Positions 52,530 through 62,014 of a DNA stretch of 64,000 nt are shown piece after piece. The notes below the pieces were generated by a model, which was given only the letters and a program-made list of their open reading frames with translations, searched no databases and had not been told where the DNA came from. The stretch comes from Synergistaceae bacterium (lineage in GTDB: Bacteria; Synergistota; Synergistia; Synergistales; Synergistaceae): assembly GCA_031263445.1 (NCBI GenBank), contig JAISFV010000186.1, positions 321 to 64,320 of the forward strand, given 5' to 3'. The position numbers and the translations under genes were made by a program. How positions within the stretch are numbered: the first letter of the stretch is position 1; the number at the start of each line of letters is the position of its first letter.

Positions 52530-54512
52530 GTGATCCGCCTGAACACCCTCCTCTACGCCAACACGGTCGCCTGTGTGCTGGTCGCCTTGGCGTCCTGCGC
52601 CGGTGCTGTAGCGCCGTCCCACGTCACCCTGTTCCTCGCGCTCTCCCTCATCGCTTTCGCCATAGACGCACTGGGGCTCAGGCGGCCCCCGAGGCTCGTG
52701 ATCAACGCCGTCTCCGTCTGCGCGCTCCTGTGGATTGTGAGAGCCTTGAGGTACAGCAACGTGATAGAGACCTTCACAGGCGCGGTGCTGCTGCTGATAT
52801 CCGTCAAGATGCTGGAGGAGAAGAGGTGGAGGGACTACCTGCAGATCTTAGGCCTTGCGGTTCTTGCCGTACTGAGCGCGGCAATCGTCTCATACGTCGA
52901 GAGCGTGGTCTATTACTCCCTGCTCATCAGCGCCCTGGCCGGCGCGGAGCTGGTGCTGATGTCGTGGCACGACAAGCAGCCAGGGGCGCGCCTTACCGTC
53001 CGCCAGGCGCTCCGGACGCTGGGCTGCGCGGCCCTGATATGGGCCTCGATGCTCCCCATATGCTTTGCCCTCTTTTTCGCGGCGCCGCGCACGAGGGCCG
53101 TGATGGCGCAATTTCAGCGGCCCGGCGGCAGCGGTTCCACGTTCTCCGGCTTCAGCGACCACGTAACGCTTGGTTCCGTGAAGGAGATACAACTGAGCGA
53201 CGAGACGGCCTTCCGGGCGGAGACGCCGCCTTTGCCGCCGAACGCGCTCTACTGGCGCGGCATGACGCTGGAGGCGTTCAACGGCTCTGCCTGGTTCCCG
53301 ATGCGCAGGAGTTTTCGAAACGGCCCATTCGCGGCCGAAGGCACGACGGTCGTTCAGAAGATACTCATGGAGCCAGGGTACCACAGGGTTTTCTTCGCTC
53401 TGGACAAGCCCATGCACGTCGATAACAGGAACGCGGTTGACATGGGCGACGGAAATTTTACAAACACTGACTACAGGGCGTCCGGGAGGCTGGAGTACAC
53501 AGCTATCTCATCGGTTTCGCCGTTCATGAAGCCCTTGGATCCCGACAGGGACAAGAGGATTTACCTGGCCCTGCCGGAGGGTTTCATGCCGGAGCTCAGG
53601 GAAATCACGGCAGGGATGACTTACGGGAAGAGCGACAGGGAGAAGGCGGAGGCGATAATGGCGTATCTCGGCCCCCCGAATTTCGAATACTCCCTGAGCG
53701 ACCTGCCCACCTCTGACAGCCCTTTGAGCGAATTCATCTTTTCCTCGCGCATGGGCAACTGCGAGTATTTCGCCACGGCGATGGCCGTCATGCTCCGGCA
53801 GGCCGGCGTCCCGAGCCGGCTCGTGGCCGGCTATCAGGGAGGCGAGTACAACAGGGGCAGCGGCTACTACATCGTCAGCCAGGCAGACGCGCACGTCTGG
53901 GTGGAGGCGTGGAACCGGGACGCGGGATCCTGGGTGAGGTATGACCCTACCCCGTCGTCTCTCGCCTCCGGCGGTGCGCAGGCGGAGGCGAAGTATAATT
54001 TCCTATCCTTCTACATAGACGCCCTGAACTACAGGGTATCCAAAATATTCCTGGAATACGACAGCGAATCCCAGTGGGAAATACTGGGCAGTTTCCGTCG
54101 GGCTATCGAAAATTCCCGTAATCTCGTCCTTGAGGGCAAGGGGGAATTTTTCCGGTCCTTGTGGAAGCTGGCCGCGCTCGCGGCGGCCGCAGGCACTGTT
54201 TTCCTCGCAGCCGTCGCGGCCAGGAGCGCCATAAGGCGCAGAAGGGACAGGGAGAGCGCCCTCCTGCGCGATTTCCTACGGGTGATGAAACGCAAGGGGT
54301 ACGAGAAGAACCCCTGCGACGGGCTGGAGGAATTCGTGTCGTCCATCGGCGGCGAGCCGAGCGTCGCCCCGCGGCTCGGCGAATTACCCGTCTTTGAGCT
54401 GGCCCGCTCCTTCGTCCTGCGCTTCGAGGAGTTCTACTTCCGCGACCTCCCCATCGACACGGACACAGAAACCGAACTCCGCTCGATACTGAAAAAGATC
54501 CGCTCGGCCTGA
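52530..54512 (+). CDS. Transglutaminase-like membrane protein (TgpA-like)
   Basis: N-terminal polytopic region, then a catalytic core with GNCEYFA (Cys) and DAHVWVEAW (His). Confidence 0.85.
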   Translation: MIRLNTLLYANTVACVLVALASCAGAVAPSHVTLFLALSLIAFAIDALGLRRPPRLVINAVSVCALLWIVRALRYSNVIETFTGAVLLLISVKMLEEKRWRDYLQILGLAVLAVLSAAIVSYVESVVYYSLLISALAGAELVLMSWHDKQPGARLTVRQALRTLGCAALIWASMLPICFALFFAAPRTRAVMAQFQRPGGSGSTFSGFSDHVTLGSVKEIQLSDETAFRAETPPLPPNALYWRGMTLEAFNGSAWFPMRRSFRNGPFAAEGTTVVQKILMEPGYHRVFFALDKPMHVDNRNAVDMGDGNFTNTDYRASGRLEYTAISSVSPFMKPLDPDRDKRIYLALPEGFMPELREITAGMTYGKSDREKAEAIMAYLGPPNFEYSLSDLPTSDSPLSEFIFSSRMGNCEYFATAMAVMLRQAGVPSRLVAGYQGGEYNRGSGYYIVSQADAHVWVEAWNRDAGSWVRYDPTPSSLASGGAQAEAKYNFLSFYIDALNYRVSKIFLEYDSESQWEILGSFRRAIENSRNLVLEGKGEFFRSLWKLAALAAAAGTVFLAAVAARSAIRRRRDRESALLRDFLRVMKRKGYEKNPCDGLEEFVSSIGGEPSVAPRLGELPVFELARSFVLRFEEFYFRDLPIDTDTETELRSILKKIRSA

Positions 54513-54522
54513 AAGGCGTAAG

Positions 54523-55596
54523 TCAAGAGTTTTCGGCTTGCGCATACCTGCCAATATGTAGCGCGGCCATCTGTTCGGCGTTCGTCGCGATCCCGCGGGA
54601 GGCGAGCGCGTCGATCTTGACGCGCTCGCCGTATATCTCGGCAGTGTCGCCTATCTTCATGCCGTCAAAAGCCTCGATGAACGTGTGGCTCATTAAAATT
54701 TTGCCGACGACCGCGCACGGAGAACCGTTCACGTAGACCGGCAGGGCGGCCCTAGCCCGCATCAGGCCGTCTCCATAGCCCATCGGGAGGGTCGCGACCT
54801 TCATGTCGCGCTCCGCCGCGAAGGACGTCCCGTATCCAAGGCGTTCGCCGCGCCGCAGCCGGCGGATATCTATGACCTCTGCCGACACGAAGAGGGACGG
54901 CCTCAGCCACTCCACAGGCTCTCGCGATGAGTAGCCGAACAGCATTATCCCGGGGCGGACGAAATTGCAGAAGGACAGCCTCCGGTCGCGCAGCAAAACG
55001 GCCGCAGTGTTCTCGCCGTGCACGTACTCGAACGCGCAGAGCGGCGAAAGCGCCTCGCGGAAGGCCGCGAAGAGATCGACTTGGGCGCTGTGCTCCGAGA
55101 GGTCGGCTTCCTCTGACAGGGCGAAGTGGGTGTAAAGGCCCTTCAGCGAAAGCCCCCTGTCGCGGCAGGAGCGGACTACCTCGGACGCCTCGCGGAGGTC
55201 AGAAAACCCGAAACGGTTCATACCCGCGTTTATCTCCATGTGAAGGTCGATACCCTCCAGCGCGTCCGCATACTCCCGAAACCACTCGCCGCCGCCGAGC
55301 GAAAGGGCTATGCCTCTCTCCCTCGCGAGGCGTGCCTCCGCGCCGTTAGCGGGGTTGAGCTGGAGGACGTATGCCTCGGGGAATCGCTCCTTGATAAAAA
55401 GCGCGTCCTCCGACAGGGTGACAGCGAAATGGTTTACGCCGCAGCCTGTCAGCGTCCGCGTGACGGCGGCCAGCCCTAGGTTATACGCGTTGTTCTTAAC
55501 GACGGCGAATATCCCCTTGCCGCTATGCTCCGCAACGCGCCTGACGTTCTCCGCGATGGCCCCGTAATCTACGAATATCCTGTTTTTCATCCGCAC
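54523..55596 (-). CDS. alr: Alanine racemase
   Basis: AVVKNNAYNLG (PLP lysine region), INAGMNRFGF, VRPGIMLFG, and GYG..GYGDG. Confidence 0.8.
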   Translation of the reverse strand: MRMKNRIFVDYGAIAENVRRVAEHSGKGIFAVVKNNAYNLGLAAVTRTLTGCGVNHFAVTLSEDALFIKERFPEAYVLQLNPANGAEARLARERGIALSLGGGEWFREYADALEGIDLHMEINAGMNRFGFSDLREASEVVRSCRDRGLSLKGLYTHFALSEEADLSEHSAQVDLFAAFREALSPLCAFEYVHGENTAAVLLRDRRLSFCNFVRPGIMLFGYSSREPVEWLRPSLFVSAEVIDIRRLRRGERLGYGTSFAAERDMKVATLPMGYGDGLMRARAALPVYVNGSPCAVVGKILMSHTFIEAFDGMKIGDTAEIYGERVKIDALASRGIATNAEQMAALHIGRYAQAENS

Positions 55597-55639
55597 GCCC
55601 CCCGAATTTTTTTAATATGACTGTCAAGTAGCGGCTGGC

Positions 55640-56086
55640 CTATGCCAGGATCCCAGTCTTCCTCCTTCTCGCGGTCGTCCTGCTGATGCGCAGACGTTGC
55701 ATGATGCCGTCCTGCAATATCTGAGAGTAGCTCAGCCCGGCCTCTTTGGCTTCCCTGTCGAGCCAGGCGGGAAGGGTGACGGTTCTGCTTATCGCCTTTG
55801 TCTCCATCTTCTCCCGGAAAGAGGGCATAATCGCTTCAACCAATATGACGGCCTCGTTATCGTCGTGCTTTGTCCCTATTATCGGGCTTGGGGGCGGTAT
55901 TTCATCGCCGTCCTCCTCCATGCTGTACAGGTGCAGGGACATAGCCTCGTGCGCGTTGCGAACCGCTTCATCTTCCCTGTCACCGGTCGTCGTGCACCCG
56001 GGCAGATCAGGAAAGAGCACGTAGTAATGTTTCGAGTGCTCGTCATAACCGAGGGTCGCGGGATATGTATACTTCGTCGGTTTCAC
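55640..56086 (-). CDS. hicB: HicB-family antitoxin with a C-terminal RHH-like DNA-binding tail
   Basis: YVLFPDLPGCTTTGDREDEAVRNAHEAMSLHL core. GTG 56086 with a GGAAGGAGGA RBS. Confidence 0.8.
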   Translation of the reverse strand: MKPTKYTYPATLGYDEHSKHYYVLFPDLPGCTTTGDREDEAVRNAHEAMSLHLYSMEEDGDEIPPPSPIIGTKHDDNEAVILVEAIMPSFREKMETKAISRTVTLPAWLDREAKEAGLSYSQILQDGIMQRLRISRTTARRRKTGILA

Positions 56087-56141
56087 AGGCGTTCCTCCTT
56101 CCGTTGCCGAAGATTGATGCCAATTTGAAATCAAACCGGTA

Positions 56142-56336
56142 TCATAGCCCCGCTTGCTTCATTATCGACTTGAAGGTCTTCGGCGGCACGTCCTTGTCGG
56201 GATGTTTCAGCGTGACCTTTCCCTTTTTCACCGGGTGCTTGAAGCTATGATGGCTCCCTTCGACATTGAAGGGTACCCATCCGTCCTCCCTCAGTATCTC
56301 TATTATCTCCGATGGAGAATGCCCGCTTGCCTTCAT
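56142..56336 (-). CDS. hicA: HicA-family mRNA interferase toxin
   Basis: GSHHSFKHP...VTLKHPDKDVPPKTFKSIMKQAGL. ATG 56336 with a GGAGGAG RBS. The rest of the track ORF 56142-56864 is spurious. Confidence 0.8.
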   Translation of the reverse strand: MKASGHSPSEIIEILREDGWVPFNVEGSHHSFKHPVKKGKVTLKHPDKDVPPKTFKSIMKQAGL

Positions 56337-56361
56337 ACCGCTGATCTCCTCCGACAGTGAC

Positions 56362-56391
56362 ATTATAACACGTGTAAATAATATGTGCCAA
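56362..56391 (-). promoter_or_regulatory. Candidate hicAB promoter
   Basis: Minus strand TTGGCA, 18 nt, TATAAT, immediately upstream of hicA. Confidence 0.45.
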
Positions 56392-56507
56392 AGTGTGACG
56401 CCAGTGACATCGCCGCCTAACATATTCTGATTATATCCCATTCCGTTTCCTAGGCTCTTTTCTGGCGGGCGCAAGGGGGCTATAATCAGCGCGAAGGGGG
56501 CGGTATC

Positions 56508-56939
56508 GTGAAAATAGGCAATGACAAAATGACAGTCATAATAGCGCTCGTGGCGTTCGCGCTTTGCGCCGTCGCGCCAGGGGCAGCGTTGGCCGCAAAG
56601 AAAAAAACAGCGAAGGCGCCTGCCCTCCCGCCCTATAAGGCAGCCGGAACGATACCTGGCACGGCGCTCTCCTACGAGAGGCTGTTTGTCGCGGAGGACG
56701 GCAGCGTGAGCGTGATGATCCGCAATCCCGAAAGGAGCGGCGTGCGCTTCCGCGCGACTTTCAGCTTTTATTCGGCTAAAAACGTGCTGCTGACCGGCTT
56801 CCAGATCGAAGGGACGGCGGCGGCCGTGACGCTGGCCAGGTACTCCCTGAAGCTGCCTGACCATAAAAAGATGAAGGACGTCTCATACATGACCGTCCTG
56901 GGAAGGTCGGGGCGCACCGGCGGGGATGACTGGGAATAG
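56508..56939 (+). CDS. Hypothetical secreted protein
   Basis: GTG start with a G-rich RBS and a signal peptide ending AALA. I recognise no family. Confidence 0.55.
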   Translation: MKIGNDKMTVIIALVAFALCAVAPGAALAAKKKTAKAPALPPYKAAGTIPGTALSYERLFVAEDGSVSVMIRNPERSGVRFRATFSFYSAKNVLLTGFQIEGTAAAVTLARYSLKLPDHKKMKDVSYMTVLGRSGRTGGDDWE

Positions 56940-57471
56940 CGGAGGCTGGACGCCAGGAGGGAAAATTTTGGCCCTGCTCGGCGTTTTTTTTGGCGTCGGC
57001 TTCATGACGGGCTTCTTCACGGGCTACGGATACAGGCCGGCCTCACCCGCGCGCGGCGGGGCCACGGCGGTGAACGCCTCCGCCCAGCCGGCGCCAGAAG
57101 GCGGCGGCGTGTCGCGTGACGCCGCGCCGGAGGATCCAAAAACCGAATACGGCGAGGACGAGGCATACGAAGAAAACAGCGTCCCGCCCGACTCGGGGCT
57201 GGCACTCACGGAACATGAGCTGGGCGAGGACGAAAACGGGCTTTTCGTGTCGGGGACGGTCGTGAACAGGTCAGATCTCGGCTATGACGCCGTCAGGGTG
57301 ACGTTCGACCTCTGCGACGCCACGGGGAAGGCTTACGGCGGCGTCACCGACGTCACATACGACAGGATGGTGCCGGGCGACTCGTGGGGGTTCACCATAT
57401 ACATCCCCTATTCTGAAATGGGCCTCTTCTCATCGTACAGGCTCCAAAGCATCATCGGGGCGTCAAGGTGA
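56926..57471 (+). CDS. Membrane-anchored protein with a C-terminal FxLYD-like beta domain
   Basis: TM helix, acidic linker, then VSGTVVNRSD..VRVTFDLCD..PGDSWGFTIYIP. An alternative TTG start at 56968 has a better RBS. Confidence 0.55.
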   Translation: MTGNSGGWTPGGKILALLGVFFGVGFMTGFFTGYGYRPASPARGGATAVNASAQPAPEGGGVSRDAAPEDPKTEYGEDEAYEENSVPPDSGLALTEHELGEDENGLFVSGTVVNRSDLGYDAVRVTFDLCDATGKAYGGVTDVTYDRMVPGDSWGFTIYIPYSEMGLFSSYRLQSIIGASR

Positions 57472-57482
57472 AAGGGCTGCCG

Positions 57483-58070
57483 TCAGTAATCGAAGGCAAA
57501 GAGCCTGAGACAGACCAGCGCGGTCACGGCCAGGTTCATGAAGAGCGAGTGGCGCTCCATCGACCAAGAGGCACGGCTGTCGAAAGGCCCGAGGCCAGGC
57601 GCTTTTTTCAAAATGCCGTAAAAATCCGGAACCAGGCTGGGCGTCGCGTCCTTGTAGGCCATGTACTCGTCCCGGAACTCCCCCGACAAAAAAGCCTCCT
57701 CGTATGGGATTATGGCGAGGCAGTACAGAAGGGAGAACGCTACGGCGAACGCGGCCACCCACCACCACCCGGCCAGGAGCGTCCACCCGAAGCCCATGAG
57801 CGCGTTGCCGGCGTAGAGCGGGTTGCGCACAAACGCGTATGGCCCCCAGGTGACGAGCCGGGGCGCGCCCACCTTGAGCGTGCGGTATTTCGGGATGACG
57901 CCGGCCGCCCAGAAACGGAGGATCTGGCCGCCCAGAAGCAGCGGTACGGCAAAAATCGTCCGCCACGCCGAAGGCGCGACCGGAAAAACCAGGACGCACA
58001 GGCCAAAGACACCCCACAGGAGGCCCCTGGACTTGAATATGACGCCTGCGGCGCCGCCGTACCGGCTCAT
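57483..58070 (-). CDS. ICMT/PEMT-like membrane methyltransferase family protein
   Basis: Polytopic protein with LVTWGPYAFVRNPLY and an EE..L..EFG-like region. ATGA overlap with the upstream gene. Confidence 0.7.
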   Translation of the reverse strand: MSRYGGAAGVIFKSRGLLWGVFGLCVLVFPVAPSAWRTIFAVPLLLGGQILRFWAAGVIPKYRTLKVGAPRLVTWGPYAFVRNPLYAGNALMGFGWTLLAGWWWVAAFAVAFSLLYCLAIIPYEEAFLSGEFRDEYMAYKDATPSLVPDFYGILKKAPGLGPFDSRASWSMERHSLFMNLAVTALVCLRLFAFDY

Positions 58071-59107
58071 GGATCCTCCTTGTCCTTCTCAAAGGCGCCG
58101 CTTGTCAGGTTCAGGCCAAATTCCTTCACGGCGATCAGAAGGCCAAGGATTATGCCCGTGTACTCCGTCAGGAAGCGCCAGCCGAGGCCCAGCACGCCCG
58201 CCACGCTCCACGGCACGAACACGCTGAATATCATGGCCGCGCCTCCCTCGGCCGCGCCGCTGCCGCCCGGCGTCGGGATGAAATACAGCAAAAAGAGGAA
58301 CATCGCCTGCAGCAGGACGCATTCCACGTACATCACTTCCAGCCTCATCGCCCAGATCACGCACGGCATGACCGAAAGGTAGAGCCACATCTGGATCACC
58401 GCGAACAGCACCCCGAGCAGGAAGTGATTCCTCCCGCCCCTGATGAAATCCCTCACGTTCTGGTTGTACGCGTCCACTTCCCTGTCTATCCACCTCAGTA
58501 TGGCGGTCACGAGCTTCGGTTTTAAAAAACCTGCCCGCGTCAAGGACATCACAACAATGCCGGAGACGCGCTTGATGAGCCTCGGCTTTGCGAGGCTCAG
58601 GATGATCACCAGCCACGACAGCATGATGAACGTCACGACGTAGAACACGAAGCCGCGGATCCACCATCCGGCTTTTGGGATATCGATGTCGAACATCAGC
58701 GTGAAGGGAATCGTGACCCCGAGGATCAAGAGCGTCAGGACGGTGCGCACCAGCGTTATCGCCACGGACTTGCCCACTCCGATGCCGCGCCTGTACATCA
58801 TGTACACCTGAAACGGCCCGCCGCCGCTCTGCATCGGCGTTACGGCCGCGCCAAAGTAGTTTATCAGGGTGAGCTGCATGGAGAACGAGAAGGATATCCC
58901 CTCCCCCGCCGCCTTCGTGAGAGCTCTGAGCTTCAGCGCGTCGAACGCCCAGACGAGGACAACCATCAAGAGGGCCAGGCTGAGCCTGCATGGGTCGGCC
59001 CTCTTGAACAGTTCAAACGACGAGCGGTCCACGCTTGCGTACAAGACAGCCCCGCTCACCAGCAAACTCAGGATCACGAAGAAGGACAGCCCTTTTTTTA
59101 CAGTCAA
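58067..59107 (-). CDS. Lysylphosphatidylglycerol-synthase TM-region (flippase-like, UPF0104) protein
   Basis: About 8 TM helices and a TPMQSGGGPFQ-type motif. TTG start. Confidence 0.7.
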   Translation of the reverse strand: MTVKKGLSFFVILSLLVSGAVLYASVDRSSFELFKRADPCRLSLALLMVVLVWAFDALKLRALTKAAGEGISFSFSMQLTLINYFGAAVTPMQSGGGPFQVYMMYRRGIGVGKSVAITLVRTVLTLLILGVTIPFTLMFDIDIPKAGWWIRGFVFYVVTFIMLSWLVIILSLAKPRLIKRVSGIVVMSLTRAGFLKPKLVTAILRWIDREVDAYNQNVRDFIRGGRNHFLLGVLFAVIQMWLYLSVMPCVIWAMRLEVMYVECVLLQAMFLFLLYFIPTPGGSGAAEGGAAMIFSVFVPWSVAGVLGLGWRFLTEYTGIILGLLIAVKEFGLNLTSGAFEKDKEDP

Positions 59108-59141
59108 TGCGATACCTCTGAACAGGCCAAGGCAGCCCGCG

Positions 59142-59750
59142 CTACTGCAGCGGGGTTTCCGCCAGCTCTTTTACCTCGTTCCAGAACATGGAAAACCGGC
59201 TTATCAGCGGCAAGAGCTCGTCGCGGACGAGAAAGGCCACCCTCATGTTTTTCCCGCCCTCCATGCTCGACAGGATGCCGCTCTGGGCTTTCTGGAACTC
59301 GCCGACGTACTCATCGTAGTTCCCGCACCTGAAGCCGCCGGCCGGGACGTTCAACAGGAAGCGGCATTTTTCAAAGACGGACATCAGCCAGTCTATGCCG
59401 TCCACGCACTTTGCGAAGCGCGAAAGCGCCTCCTGGTCGTTTCCTCCTTCGAGCAGCGTCGCCACGGACTCCAGCCCGTTTTCGAGGATCGGGATGTACC
59501 GCTCCCCCTCCGCGATGGACTCCCGGATCAGTTGCTTGACAGGCTGCGTCACGAACCTGATATCCAAGCCGCCCGACAGGGCAAAAAAGGCGCTCTCCTC
59601 CGGGACGGACTCCCCGTCCACCACTATATCGACGACCACGCGGCCGTCATCCAAGGCCAAGCGCTTGACGGCGTCGTAAAGAACCGCCTTCCCGCCGTTC
59701 AGGATATCCTCGCTGAGCGCGAGTTCGACATCGTCTAGCCTTATCCTCAT
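59142..59750 (-). CDS. Hypothetical protein
   Basis: 202-aa ORF leading the three-gene minus-strand unit. I recognise no family. Confidence 0.5.
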   Translation of the reverse strand: MRIRLDDVELALSEDILNGGKAVLYDAVKRLALDDGRVVVDIVVDGESVPEESAFFALSGGLDIRFVTQPVKQLIRESIAEGERYIPILENGLESVATLLEGGNDQEALSRFAKCVDGIDWLMSVFEKCRFLLNVPAGGFRCGNYDEYVGEFQKAQSGILSSMEGGKNMRVAFLVRDELLPLISRFSMFWNEVKELAETPLQ

Positions 59751-59824
59751 ACGGTCACCCCATATCCATTTTACGCACAGTGTCAGCAGCCATGCGGCGC
59801 AAATGCCGCCCGCGTGAAGATAAT

Positions 59825-59863
59825 ATACTACAGAGAAGCGGATTTAGCCAGATGTAGTATAAT
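59825..59863 (+). promoter_or_regulatory. uvrB promoter region with an 8-bp inverted repeat (candidate operator)
   Basis: ATACTACA (59825-59832) and TGTAGTAT (59853-59860). The right arm overlaps TATAAT at 59858-59863. Confidence 0.4.
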
Positions 59864-59908
59864 CCTTGCTGGATAAAAAGCCGTAGCGGCGGCGGGAGGG
59901 GCGGTCTT

Positions 59909-62014
59909 TTGGGAGATAACGCGCAGGCAGATCACGGCGGCGAACGCTTCGAGCTGGTTTCGCCCTGGCCCGCGTCCGGGGACCAGCCTGAGGCCATAGA
60001 GAAGCTGTGCCGGGGGTTCGAGGGAGGCAGGGAGGAGGGCGTCATGCAAACGCTCCTGGGCGTCACTGGGAGCGGCAAGACGTTCACGATGGCCAACATC
60101 ATCGCGCGCCTCCAGCGCCCCACGCTCGTCATGGCACACAACAAGACGCTGGCGGCGCAGCTCTACAGCGAGTTCAAGGATTTCTTCCCGAACAACGCCG
60201 TCCATTACTTCGTGAGCTACTATGATTACTACCAGCCGGAGGCATACGTCCCCGCCCAGGACATATACATAGAAAAGGACGCGTCCATAAACGAGAGGAT
60301 CGAGAAGCTGAGGCTCGCCACCACGAAGGCGCTCATAGAGCGCAGGGACGTGGTGGTCGTGGCAAGCGTCTCGTGCATATACGGGCTGGGCAAGAAAAAG
60401 AATTACGAGGATGCCGTGTTCCACTTCGCCGTAGGCGACCTGTGGCGGAGGCGCGATTTTATGATGCGCCTCTTGGACAACTACTACGAGCGCAACGACA
60501 CGGCCTTTGCGCCTGGCGTCTTCCGGTCGCGCGGCGACGTGCTGGAGCTATACCCCTCGTACAGCGACACGGCTCTGCGGATCGCCTTCTTCGACGACGA
60601 GATCGAGAGGATCGACGAGATAGACCCCGTCTCCGGGAAGAGCCTGCTCACGAAGAGGAGCGCGTCGATATTCCCGGCGAAGCACTACGTGACCACCGAC
60701 GACGCGATAATCAAAGCGAAGGCCATGATCGAGGGCGAGCTGGCGGAGTGCGTCCAGGGCTTCAACGAGAGCGGGAGGCTCCTGGAGGCGCAGCGTCTTG
60801 AAAGCAGGACGAAATACGACCTGGAGATGCTCACGGAGGTAGGCTACTGCTCCGGCATCGAGAACTACTCGCGCTTCCTGGACGGGCGCGCGCCCGGTGA
60901 GTCGCCCGGCACGCTGATGGACTTCTTCCCGGAGGACTTCCTGCTCTTCATCGACGAGTCGCACATGTCGATCCCCCAGATACGCGGCATGTACAATGGA
61001 GACAAGGCCAGGAAGGAGGTCCTGGTCGAGCACGGATTCAGGCTGCCATCCTGCCTCGACAACAGGCCCCTCCGCTTTGAGGAGTTCAGCCAGTTCATGA
61101 AAAACGTGCTGTTCGTCTCGGCCACGCCCGGCGACTACGAGCTGGAGCGCTCGTATCAGGTGGCGGAACAGCTCATAAGGCCGACGGGCGTCCCCGACCC
61201 TGACGTAGAAATATACCCTGCCACCGGGCAGGTAGACCACCTCCTGGCGGAGCTGCGGGACATCATAGCCTCCGGACGGCGGGCGCTCGTGACGACGCTC
61301 ACCAAGCGCGCTGCCGAAGACCTCTCCGCCCATTACGCGGAGCTAGGCTTGAAGGTGCAGTACATCCACTCCGAGATGGACACGTTCGAGAGGGCCGAGA
61401 TACTCCGCGACCTCCGCCTCGGGGTATACTCCGTCCTGATAGGCGTAAACCTCCTGCGGGAGGGGATCGACCTCCCGGAGGTCTCGCTGGTGGCTATCAC
61501 GGAGGCAGACCGCGAGGGCTACCTGCGCTCGTTCAGGTCGCTGATACAGATGATAGGGAGGGCCGCCCGGAACGAGGCGGGGCGTGTCATTCTCTACGCT
61601 GACAAAATGACGGACAGCATCGACATGGCCATCCGCGAGACCATGCGGCGGCGCGCGGCGCAGATCAAGTACAACGAAGAGCATGGCATCACGCCCAAGA
61701 CGATAAGCAAGGCTGTAAAGAACCTGCTTCCGGAGGAGCTGCAGGAAGAGGGCGATAGCGAGAAGATACGGGCCGTCTCCGACGGGGAGGCCGCGAAGGC
61801 GTCCGCGGGCAAGTACGAGATACGCGACATGGAACGCCGCATGTGGGAGGCCGTGGAGCGCCTCGACTTCGAAAGGGCGGCGGAACTCAGGGACACCATA
61901 AACGCCGCGAGGCACGGCAACGAGGGAGGATTTACAGTTGGTGGAATGGATAAGGGTCGTCGGCGCCCGTCAGCACAATTTAAAAAACATAAGCGTCGAC
62001 CTGCCAAAAAATAA
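59909..62014 (+). CDS. uvrB: Excinuclease ABC subunit B
   Basis: [16 protein letters not shown], and a C-terminal UVR motif (FERAAELRD). TTG start with a GGGAGGGG RBS. Confidence 0.95.
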   Translation: MGDNAQADHGGERFELVSPWPASGDQPEAIEKLCRGFEGGREEGVMQTLLGVTGSGKTFTMANIIARLQRPTLVMAHNKTLAAQLYSEFKDFFPNNAVHYFVSYYDYYQPEAYVPAQDIYIEKDASINERIEKLRLATTKALIERRDVVVVASVSCIYGLGKKKNYEDAVFHFAVGDLWRRRDFMMRLLDNYYERNDTAFAPGVFRSRGDVLELYPSYSDTALRIAFFDDEIERIDEIDPVSGKSLLTKRSASIFPAKHYVTTDDAIIKAKAMIEGELAECVQGFNESGRLLEAQRLESRTKYDLEMLTEVGYCSGIENYSRFLDGRAPGESPGTLMDFFPEDFLLFIDESHMSIPQIRGMYNGDKARKEVLVEHGFRLPSCLDNRPLRFEEFSQFMKNVLFVSATPGDYELERSYQVAEQLIRPTGVPDPDVEIYPATGQVDHLLAELRDIIASGRRALVTTLTKRAAEDLSAHYAELGLKVQYIHSEMDTFERAEILRDLRLGVYSVLIGVNLLREGIDLPEVSLVAITEADREGYLRSFRSLIQMIGRAARNEAGRVILYADKMTDSIDMAIRETMRRRAAQIKYNEEHGITPKTISKAVKNLLPEELQEEGDSEKIRAVSDGEAAKASAGKYEIRDMERRMWEAVERLDFERAAELRDTINAARHGNEGGFTVGGMDKGRRRPSAQFKKHKRRPAKK

